From Octopus sinensis (taxonomy: Eukaryota): a stretch of 27,448 bases of DNA. Each line of letters opens with the position of its first letter. The stretch's first letter is position 1. Positions 1 through 9,249 of the stretch are shown here, piece by piece. The notes under the pieces were generated by a model that was not told the DNA's origin, searched no databases, and saw only the letters and a program-made list of their open reading frames with translations. The stretch is from positions 1-27,448 of the forward strand of contig NW_021833377.1 in NCBI RefSeq assembly GCF_006345805.1, read 5' to 3'. Made by a program: the position numbers and the translations under genes.

Positions 1-458
1 AACGGACATGTGCGGGTGGTGCTTTTATGTGCCAACGGCATGGGGGCCAGGCGAGGCTGGCAACAGACAAACGATCGGATGTTTCACTTAACCACAGCTG
101 CAATTTCCACTGATGTTGATTTGGTTTGATTTTGACTTCTCACTGGTCTTGCCGGGTCTTCTCACGCACAGCATACTTCCATAGGTCTCGGTCTCTAGTC
201 ATTTCCTTGGTGAGACCTAAAGTTCGAAGGTCGTGCTTCACTACCTCGTCCCAGGTTTTCCTGGGTCTACCTCTTCCACAGGTTCCCTCAACTGCTAGAG
301 TGTAGCACTTTTGCACACAACTATCTTCACCCATTCTCGTCACATGCCCATACCACCGCAGACATCTCTCTTGCACACCACAACTGATGCTTCTTAGGTT
401 CAACTTTTCTCTCAAGGTACTTACACTCTGTCGATTTTGAACACTGACATTACACATA
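1..458 (-). mobile_element. RTE-clade LINE, 3' fragment (ORF C-terminus and 3' UTR), heavily 5'-truncated; runs off the window start
   Basis: Translation CNVSVQNRQSVSTLREKLNLRSISCGVQERCLRWYGHV...GRGRPRKTWDEVVKHDLRTLGLTKEMTRDRDLWKYAVREKTR is nearly identical to the end of ORF 6024-7163. Stop at 140-142. Bases 1-139 match the 3' UTR (TCAAAATCAAACCAAAT and the GCCAGCCTCG/GGCACATAAAA unit). Homology stops at about 458 in a TA microsatellite. Confidence 0.93.
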
Positions 459-531
459 ATATATATACATATATATATACATATGTATGTATACATAGAC
501 ATATGTACTATAGATATGACTCCACAGACAG

Positions 532-1170
532 CAATATTTGTAACTCACATAATCAAAAAGAAGAAAAAATAATGAAATCAAACAGTCTACGATTAATTAT
601 GGACATATTTCTGGATTAGAGTTATACAAATTCATTTCCTTCATCGGCATAATATTTTGAGAAGCGCCATCGAAACATAACACAAGGTAGTCAACATATC
701 CAAATTTATATAAAAAATTATAATTATATAAAAAAAACTTTTTGTACAAGTTTATACCGATAATGGTTTTTTTTCCATACCAAAACTACTTGGTAAATTT
801 TTTAAATTATTAAATTAGTAAATCTTTACCCCATATCTGTAATGATTATTTCACTCCCTGATGGCAAACTGCAGTTTTTTCTGCGGTACTATCTTGTGAC
901 GAACATGCTAATCTTGGAGGGAAAATATGAAATCACTTGTCTATATAAATTTGGATATGTTGACTACCTTGTGTTATGTTTTGATGGCACTTGGTCAAAG
1001 ATGCAAAGGGTAGGTTTTTAATAATTTCAAATTTATAATTCCCGAAATATTATGCCAATGAAGGAAATGAATTTGTATAATTCTAATCCAGAAACGCGTC
1101 CATAATTAATCGTAGACTGTTTGATTTAGTTATTTTTCTTCTTTTTGCCTTATGTGAGTTACAAATATTG
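532..1170. mobile_element. Foldback/MITE-like element with long nested inverted repeats
   Basis: 532-662 is the reverse complement of about 1040-1170 (CAATATTTGTAACTCACATAA...ATCAAACAGTCTACGATTAATTATGGAC...). A second pair, 666-712 versus 942-988, carries GCCATC.AAACATAACACAAGGTAGTCAACATATCCAAATTTATATA. No coding capacity. Confidence 0.75.
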
Positions 1171-1399
1171 TAACAAATTATTTTTATTTTTTAATAGAGT
1201 ACAGTAAATAAAAAGTAATCTAAATTTACAAATACAATTTGGCAGTGTTTACCGTACATCACAGACACTTTATTTATGAATGCATTTCACATAAACAAAT
1301 TCAGTAATTATTATTATTTTGCAATAGTAAAAAAAATTAAATTATTTTAAATTTACCAATAAGAACATACAATTTGGTGGTTTACATCACAGATGTAGT

Positions 1400-2215
1400 T
1401 CCTTGAACTGTCTTCTTGAGAGTTCCTTCAACTGTCTTCTTTTCCTCGAGGATTACATCATAAGGAGCAAAAGTTTCATAACAAGCCCCCAAAATCTTGG
1501 AAAAGTGTTGAGCATTTGGATCCATATCCTCAAACATAGAAATGCTTTTGTCGATATATGCAAATGGTTGCTACATTTTCTTAATCGTAAAGTGACATGG
1601 CACAGGTTTGACATCCTCCTCTTTATTTTGCTGCTTCTGAAACTCTGTCAAATCCTCATTCATCAGGGGCTGCTTGTCTTTTTCAAATAAATCTGCGAAA
1701 TCCTCCTCCCCCAAATCCATTTCCAGTTCTTTACTCATAGTCACCAACGTTTTGTTGATGGCAACATTATCAAACCCCTTAAAATCATTCATGAATTACG
1801 GACATAACTTCTTCCATACACCATTCATAGCTATGCTCTGTACGTCATTCCATGCCACTACTATGTTCTGTACAGCCTCGTAGATATTGTATCTCTCCCA
1901 AAAGTCATGAAGTATGATGGACTCATCAAGATCAGTTACATCTATTGCTTGCGGCTGCATATGCTTCTTATAGTAATATTCCCTGATCCATTGGCTGCAG
2001 AAGAGACGTGGTATTCAGAGGGAGGTATACAACAGTAATGTTGGAGTCAAAATCTACGATGTTTTGCAGGTGGTCAGGAGCATTATCTAAGATAAGTAAA
2101 ACCTTAGAAGTACTTCTCTGCTGCTGGGATAAAATGATTGAAAAACAACAGTAACCCATGCTTTTGAATTAGTCATCCATATAACAGGGAGTGATGCCTT
2201 GGGAATGTTCTTCAG
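1400..2215 (-). pseudogene. pogo/Tigger (CENP-B-like DDE) transposase remnant, C-terminal half
   Basis: Minus-strand motifs LPVIWMTNSKAWVT, KVLLILDNAPDH, VYLPLNTTSLLQPMDQGI, FWERYNIYEAVQNIVVAW, MNGVWKKLCP*FMNDFKGF are typical of Tigger/pogo transposases. Broken by frameshifts and stops. Confidence 0.9.
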
Positions 2216-2249
2216 GGCACAAGGGTTGTGTGCATGATACACAAGTAAT

Positions 2250-2575
2250 GGCTATATATACCTACATACATACATATAGATACACTTACATCCAGATATA
2301 TATATATACACAAATACATTTACACACAAATATAAATAGCCATATGATTACATATGGTTACATAGTAATACAATAGATGCATATATATATACATTCATAA
2401 ACATATATATACACATATGCATACATACATATTAATATAGAGACTTCTATAGACATACACGTACGCATACATGTAGATTCACATACCCATTTACATACCA
2501 AACATATACATATAAATACATATACACTAATATACATAAATACATGTACACATCCATATATATATATATATATAA
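2250..2575. repeat. Compound (TA/CA) microsatellite
   Basis: Degenerate ATAC/ATAT tract. Confidence 0.9.
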
Positions 2576-2716
2576 CGGGAAGCTTTATGAAAATAGACAA
2601 AAGACGAAGGCAGGTGGAAAACAAACAAACAATTGTATTAGTATGGCGCTCAGGAAATATAAATAAAACAAGTCTTTAACGTTTCGAGCCTACACTCTTC
2701 AACAGAAAGATACACA
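2576..2716 (-). mobile_element. Short interspersed repeat carrying a minimal hammerhead-like motif (Penelope-like terminal repeat type)
   Basis: Minus strand TCTTT-CTGTTGA-A-GAGT-GTAG-GCTC-GAAAC-GTT-AAAGA at 2673-2710. The downstream part (TTTCCTGAGC..., TTCCAC...) resembles 3200-3310. Confidence 0.55.
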
Positions 2717-2719
2717 GAG

Positions 2720-3145
2720 AGAAAAAAACACACACACACAGATACATACATGCAGACCTACATATACATACACATGCATATACGTATATACATATACACA
2801 CACACATATATATATATACACACATATATATATTTACACACATATATATACATACAAGCACACATACATATACACACATATATACATAAATATACATATC
2901 CACACACACACACATCCATATGTATATTAATATATACACGCTCAAACACACAGGCATGCATAATGATGTATCGATGGTATAAGATAAATACATAACATAT
3001 GCCCACTTATACAAGCGCTTACATACATATACACAAATATATGGTTATTCATATATACACATATATGTACACTTATAAATGTATATCTATGAGTACATAT
3101 ATATGTACGTATATGTATATGCATATATACATTTCAATATGTGAC
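2720..3145. repeat. Compound (CA/TA) microsatellite
   Basis: ACAC/ATAT/ATAC mosaic; source of the spurious YI-rich ORFs. Confidence 0.9.
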
Positions 3146-3310
3146 CATGTGCGTATCGTTGGCGATTCTCTTTCTCCGTCTTCCCTTCCTTGGACTTTTC
3201 CTTTTTTCTATATTTCTGATGAAGAGCTCCTCTCCTTTCCTGAGCATCCAATAATACTATACTTGTTCCACGTCCTCGCGTTTTCTCTTTGTTCGTGTTT
3301 GGATTAACTA
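3145..3310 (+). mobile_element. Related hammerhead-type short repeat, partially deleted
   Basis: TATTT-CTGATGA-A-GAGCT at 3211-3228; the expected GCTC-GAAAC half is missing. Continues with TTTCCTGAGCATCCAATAATACTATACTTGTTCCACG, similar to the reverse complement of 2576-2716. Confidence 0.45.
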
Positions 3311-3385
3311 TACATTATATATACACACACACATATATATATATTTGAAAAATATATATATGGATTTGAAAAAAATATATATATA

Positions 3386-3562
3386 TTTGAAAAATCCACC
3401 AGAATGGACGAAAGCGCTAATATATGATATAAGTTATATGAAGTATAAAAACATGTAATATACAAATAAATATCTGTAAATATAAAACCATCCAAATTTC
3501 GGAGTACCTCATTTCTTCTAATATAAAATACCTGTACATCATCTCCAAACTTTCTAATATAT
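3386..3562 (+). repeat. Left arm of an inverted repeat pair (partner 4220-4364)
   Basis: GAATGGACGAAAGCGCT...TATAAAAACATGTAATATACAAATAAATATCTGTA...CCTCATTTCTTCTAATATAAAATACCTGTACATCATCTCCAAAC matches the reverse complement of 4220-4364. This arm has an extra 28 bp or so. Confidence 0.85.
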
Positions 3563-3601
3563 GCATATACATATACATTATATATGCATGCATGCATGCA
3601 T

Positions 3602-3638
<37 letters not shown>

Positions 3639-3649
3639 GACATACATAC

Positions 3650-4154
3650 ATGGTGGCTGCCCCCTCGTTATCGAGTATTGCCATTGCACAAAGCTTAATC
3701 ATCAATGTTGTTATCGTGCAATGCCTGTGCAAGAAGATTTTTTTTAAAGAGAGGAAAGGCTTTGCACTGAGTCAATCCCACTCACTAAGCCACAGCAGCC
3801 ATAATCCGAAAAGAAGAACAAGTCAACATCATCGGTAACCACTGAGCCACAGGTTTTATATCGGAGTTATCCCAGTTACCTGAGTTACCTTCTCCTAGAA
3901 GAATGCCCTAACAACGGCTCGGAGTCCTTCACTCCCAATGGTTTAACCGCGTGATCAGGTATTCAGTCCGATTATTTCTATGTCCCCGCGCATGATACAG
4001 CCTTATGACATTTATTGGATGGCCGTTGACTCTCAAGAGTTCCTCCACTCTTTGACGGGTTTTGTTTTTCATCCCGCAGGGTGTCCAATAAACACCCTCC
4101 TCACCAAACAAGCTTGGTGGGGTTGCCGGTTTAGTTGCCGACGAACCAACCATG
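3650..4154 (-). other. Hairpin-rich non-coding cassette; possible LINE 5' UTR or unknown structured element
   Basis: Higher GC than its flanks, bounded by microsatellites, many short perfect stems (see findings). No convincing protein homology. Confidence 0.35.
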
Positions 4155-4162
4155 CATACATA

Positions 4163-4198
<36 letters not shown>

Positions 4199-4219
4199 TA
4201 TATCTTACGCCAATCTGAA

Positions 4220-4364
4220 TATATGTATTAGAAGGTTTGGAGATGATGTACAGGTATTTTATATTAGAAGAAATGAGGTACAGATATTTATTTGTATATT
4301 ACATGTTTTTATACATCATATATCATATATCAGCGCTTTCGTCCATTCTAGTGAAGTTTTCAAA
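4220..4364 (-). repeat. Right arm of the inverted repeat pair (partner 3386-3562)
   Basis: AGCGCTTTCGTCCATTCT at 4332-4349 and flanking sequence are reverse-complementary to the left arm. Confidence 0.85.
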
Positions 4365-4370
4365 TTGAAC

Positions 4371-4684
4371 TGAATATACATATATGTGTATACATTATAT
4401 ATATATATATATATATGCATACATGTAAATGCATACATATATATGCATACATATATATACATACACATATATGCATACATATAAATGCATACATATATAT
4501 GCATACATATATATACATACACATATGTATATATACATACAGTTACATATATATATATATATATATACACATATATACATATATATATATATACATATAT
4601 ACACACAAATACAACTATCCATATATCCGCAAATATAGATATACATATATACACACACATATATATACATACATATATACATAT
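4371..4684. repeat. Compound (TA)n microsatellite with ATGCATAC sub-units
   Basis: Directly abuts the 5' truncation point of the RTE copy at 4685. Confidence 0.92.
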
Positions 4685-7163
4685 ATGGTCTGCAATACCA
4701 ACTTCAGGAAACCCACCTCTCACCTAGTCACCTACCGTTTTGGCAGACACACCAGCCAGATTGACTACATCCTTGCCAGAAAAAGGGAAAGAGGGCTGAT
4801 TATAAATGCCAAAACCTTTCCAGGCGAAGAATGTACTCCTCAACATAGATTAGTAGTTAGCGACTTCAGGATCAGAGCTAAATGGTTGCCCAGAAGAAGA
4901 CCAGCTTGGAAGAGAAGGGTCTGGAAGCTTAAAGATCCTGCAAATGGACAGAGATTTAGAGACATACTACTCGAAGCCTTTGACGAAATAGAAGGGGATA
5001 TAGCTTCACTTAATGTGGAAGACAACTGGAGATTCCTACGAGACAATCTGCTGACAGCCACTGAACAGATCTGTGGATGGAGCAAAGTACCATCTCGACC
5101 CAGAGTAACATGGTGGTGGAACACCGTGGTTGACAGGCTATTAGACAAAAGAGACAGGCTTGGAAGGACTGGAAGAACGGTGGTAGCAGGGAATTGTATC
5201 AGACTGCCAAAAGGGAAGCTAGGAGACAGGTTTATTTAGCCAGAGGGAAGCGGATAAGAAAAAATTTGCCAATGTTCTGAGCCGTGAGGATGAAAGACTT
5301 GAGGTATTTCGTGTTGCAAGACAGTGTGTGAGAGAGAATCGTGATGTGGTAGGAGAGAAGTGTGTTCGCATGGATGATGGTTCACTTGCACTAAATGAGG
5401 ATGCAAAGAGAGAGGTTTGGAGATGCCACTATGAAAGGTTGCTGAATAAAAAATGAATGGGATAAGAGAGTCTGCCGAATGTTGACCCTACAGAGGGACC
5501 AGCTATCCGAGTTGATAGTTCCGTGGTAGCTAAGGCAATTAGAAGCATGAAGACAGGGAAAGCCCCAGGCCCATCAGGAATTACTGCAGAGATGCTCAAA
5601 ATATCTGGCAGTGTCGGCTATAACCTAGTCACCCGTATAGTCAACCAGGTGATACACGAAGGAGTCATACCCAATGACTGGTGTAGCAGCATACTAGTCA
5701 ACTGCTACAAAGGTAAAGGTGATGCCCTAGATACAAATAATTACAGAGGTATCAAGCTGTTGGATCAAGTAATGAAGGTTACGGAGAGGGTCATAGCCCA
5801 ACTAATTAGAGAGAGAGTTAGTTTAGATGAGATGCAGTTTGGGTTCGTGCCAGGGAAAAGCACCACTGATGCTATATTCCTGGTAAGGCAGCTGCAGGTG
5901 AAATACCTAGCCAAAGATAAGCCCCTGTACCTGGCTTTCGTTGACATGGAGAAAGCCTTTGATAGGGTCCCCCGATCCCTCATCTGGTGGTCAATGAGGT
6001 AACTAGGGATAGATGAATGGCTGGTGAGGGCTGTGCAAGACATGTACAGAGATGCCGTAAGTAAGGTTAGGGTTGGCAACATGTACACAGAAGAATTCAA
6101 AGTAGAGGTTGGGGTCCACCAGGGTTCAGTACTCAGCCCCCTCCTATTTATCATAGTCCTCCAGGCAATTGTGGAGGAATTCAAGACAGGTTGCCCCTGG
6201 GAGCTCCTCTATGCTGACGACCTCGCCCTAATTGCTAAGTCACTATCAGAACTGGAGGAGAAGTTCCAGGTGTGGAAGGAGGGTTTAGAATCGAGGGGCC
6301 TTAGAGTCAACCTAGCTAAAACCAAAGTACTAATAAGTAGAAAGGTAGACAATCCACAAATATCCTCAGGAAGATGGCCCTGCTCGATCTGTAGAAAAGG
6401 TGTAGGTAGAAACTCTATAAGATGTACCCAGTGTAAGCTATGGACACATAAGAGGTGCAGCAATGTCAAAGGTAGGTTAACTGGGAAGATAGTTTTTGTA
6501 TGTGGCAGATGCTCGGGAGCATTGACCTCCGAAAATCTGCAGAAAACAACTTCCGTCACTTTCCAGGGGGAAAAACTAGAAGTCGTTGATAGCTTCCGTT
6601 ATCTAGGTGACCAAGTCAGTAGTGGGGGTGGGTGCGCTGAAAGTGTAACTGCTAGAATAAGAATAGCCTGGGCAAAGTTTAGGGAGCTCTTACCTCTGCT
6701 GGTGACTAAAGGCCTCTCGCTCAGAGTAAAAGGCAGACTGTATGATGCATGTGTACAAACAGCCATGCTACATGGCAGTGAAACATGGGCCGTGACTGCT
6801 GAGGACATGCGTAAGCTCGTGAGGAATGAAGCCAGTATGCTCCGATGGATGTGTAATGTCAGTGTACATACTCGACAGAGCGTTAGTACCTTGAGAGAAA
6901 TGTCGTACCTAAGAAGCATCAGTTGTGGTGTGCAAGAGAGACGATTGCGCTGGTATGGTCATGTGGCGAGAATGGATGAAGATAGGTGTGTGAGAAAGTG
7001 CCAATCCCTAGCAGTTGAGGGAACCCGTGGAAGAGGTAGACCCAGGAAAACCTGGGACGAGGTGGTGAAGCACGACCTTCGAACATTAGGTCTCACCATG
7101 GAAATGACTAGAGACCGAGACCTATGGAAGTATGCTGTGCGTGAGAAGACCCGACAAGACTAG
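4685..7163 (+). pseudogene. RTE endonuclease/reverse transcriptase ORF (disrupted)
   Basis: APE C-terminal motifs QIDYIL and [10 protein letters not shown]; RT motifs NYRGIKLL, QFGFVPGKSTTDAIF, AFVDMEKAFDRV, GVHQGSVLSPLLF, LLYADDL (YADD at 6210-6221); C-terminal VDSFRYLG, RIRIAWAKF, MLHGSETW, RLRWYGHV, RGRGRPRKTW. Frameshifts near 5160 and 5450-5470 and an in-frame TAA at 6000-6002. Confidence 0.95.
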
Positions 7164-7343
7164 TGAAGCCATAACCCATGGCCCCTACCTGGGACGTAGT
7201 CAGTCCACCTGTGCATACCTTCCTCCTTGTGACACTTGTGAAGACCTGTTGAGGCAAGTGAAAATCAAAATCAAAATCAAAATCAAATCAAATCAAACCA
7301 AATAAAAATAGATGAACATCAATGGAATTTGTATCCTTGTGAG

Positions 7344-7610
7344 TGGCACATAAGAAAACCATCCGAACGTGACCGTAGCCAGTACCGCATCGACTGGCCT
7401 CCATGCTGTGGGCACGTAACAAACAACATCTGAGCGTGGCCGTTCGCCAGCCTCGTCTGGCACCTGTGTCGGTAGCACATAAGAAAACACCATCCGAGCG
7501 TGGCCGTCTGCCAGCCTCGTCTGGCACCTGTGTCGGTGGCACATAAAAACACCATCCGAGCGTGGCCGTCTGCCAGCCTCGTCTGGCACCTGTGTCGGTG
7601 GCACATAAAA
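7344..7610 (+). repeat. Tandem array of 62-65 bp units in the RTE 3' UTR (4 units plus a partial)
   Basis: Unit starts at about 7344, 7409, 7473, 7537 and 7599; consensus GGCACATAAGAAAACACCATCCGAGCGTGGCCGTCTGCCAGCCTCGTCTGGCACCTGTGTCGGT. Confidence 0.9.
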
Positions 7611-7929
7611 TCACCCACTACACTCTCGGAGTGGTTGGCGTTAGGAAGGGCATCCAGCTGTAGAAACACTGCCAGATCTGACTGGCCTGGTGCAGCCTTC
7701 GAGCTTGCCAGACCCCAGTTGAACCGTCCAACCCATGCTAGCATGGAAAGCGGACGTTAAAAGATGATGATGATGATGATGATATACATATATACACATA
7801 TATATATATATACACATACTTCAACTTCTTCCCTAAACACGTCAAGCTCTATTCAACTATAAATGTCTGTAATTCATTGTTATATATCAATTACTTTTAG
7901 TCAATTGACTCAACCTTTATGTAATTTAC

Positions 7930-8148
7930 CCCTTTAGTATTTAAACCGGCCATATCCGGCCAAAATAGTTAATCTGTTTTCTGTTCAAACTGACCAGATC
8001 CAGGCTCTCACACCTACCCTACAATGTTATTCTACATCAAGTAATTACACCATCAAGATCTTGAAGATATGAGATAATGCATGATTAATTCAAATCAATG
8101 GGAATCAATAAGCATTATGTTTGATAGAATAATCTGAACACTAAAGGG
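7930..8148. mobile_element. piggyBac-type MITE (about 219 bp)
   Basis: Terminal inverted repeats CCCTTTAG (7930-7937) and CTAAAGGG (8141-8148); right flank TTAA, left flank TTAC (one mismatch to a TTAA target duplication). Confidence 0.7.
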
Positions 8149-9249
8149 TTAAAAGTATTGAGTTACTAATGAGGCCTCTTAGGTGTTCATTTATCCTGCT
8201 GGCAATAACAGCCAAATAACTCTACACTCTACTGTCTTACGAAAGATATATATACTGGATGCTATGATCCTGCATGCAATTATACCTGGGAAAGGGACAG
8301 GATGGTCGCAGCTGGAATGCAATTGACAGTAGATTTGAGAGAGATTAGCCATTCACATTCTGTTTGTGACTAATATATTTAGAGTAACAGCAATTTTCTC
8401 CCATAAAAGATAACTGAGTTGACAACTGTACAATCGTTTCGTAGTTTGTGATGTTGATCTTGTAGATATAGGCTCAGAGATGTCGCTGACTACCTGGCTT
8501 GTAGAGAGGGTGGACTTTGCCAAGTTGACCTGCCTTTCATAAACTACTCAAAGACTGGTAATTAGGTAATGGAACCGAAATTATTGTAGAACAATAAGCT
8601 TGTGAAAGCATAGAATTCAGTGGAAGCATCAGGTTTGTTTTACTGCTCTATTAGTAAGTATTTCCTACTTAATGGTCTTTACAAATGGCTTTGTTGACAT
8701 CATCAACTCAGCTGTTATGAAAGAGAATTAAATATGTTGATTTAAAAAAAGTTTCTTCCTTTCTTTTATTGTTGGTGTTGTTGACATTCCTGAATCTTTC
8801 TCATGTTCTTGGAAATTTGATGACAGGGTGTGGTAAACTTCATCTGTATATGTGTATGAGATGAAGTGTTTATACATACAACACTATTGCTATAGTCTTT
8901 AATTCTTTGACTGGTTTCATTCATTTGACTACGGTCATGTTGGAACACTGTCTTCCCAAGCTTTTACTTGAAACAAAACAAACCCTGTACTATTTCAGTC
9001 TGATATTTACTTTATCATTCTATAGTTTATCAAATGACTATGTTGCATGTTTTTGACACATGACCTGTTTTACACCAGTAAATATAGGCAGAGATAGAGA
9101 AAGACATTCCTCCACCAAAACATATGTACATGTGTGTGTGTGTATGTGTTATACATTAGAGTAAGATAACAGGCTAAAGCTGTTAGTAGAAGTTAGGAAA
9201 GATAAAGGAGGAAGATGAAAGAAAGTAGAATAAAACAAGATTTCTTTTG

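Larger units (their letters stand above)
4685..7785 (+). mobile_element. RTE-clade non-LTR retrotransposon, 5'-truncated, with complete 3' end and (GAT)n tail
   Basis: Disrupted ORF with APE endonuclease C-terminus, RT and C-terminal domain, followed by a 3' UTR with an (AAATC)n tract, tandem units and the terminal ...GCATGGAAAGCGGACGTTAAAA(GAT)n. Confidence 0.95.

Noticed and set aside
3929-4183. ELLRVNGHPINVI as a Penelope NGYP motif
   Set aside because: No flanking S.HP, LPY or GIY-YIG motifs in frame; the region is better explained by RNA stems
3650-4685. Twin-priming 5' inversion of the adjacent RTE copy
   Set aside because: About 530 bp of unrelated repeats separate the pieces, and no sequence continuity with the RTE ORF is visible
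4840-6919. Minus-strand ORFs at 4840-5148, 5765-6184, 6209-6559 and 6599-6919
   Set aside because: Antisense shadows of the RTE coding sequence
7288-7760. Repetitive ORFs and a possible CRISPR-like array
   Set aside because: Contiguous tandem units with no unique spacers, located in a LINE 3' UTR of a eukaryote; no cas genes
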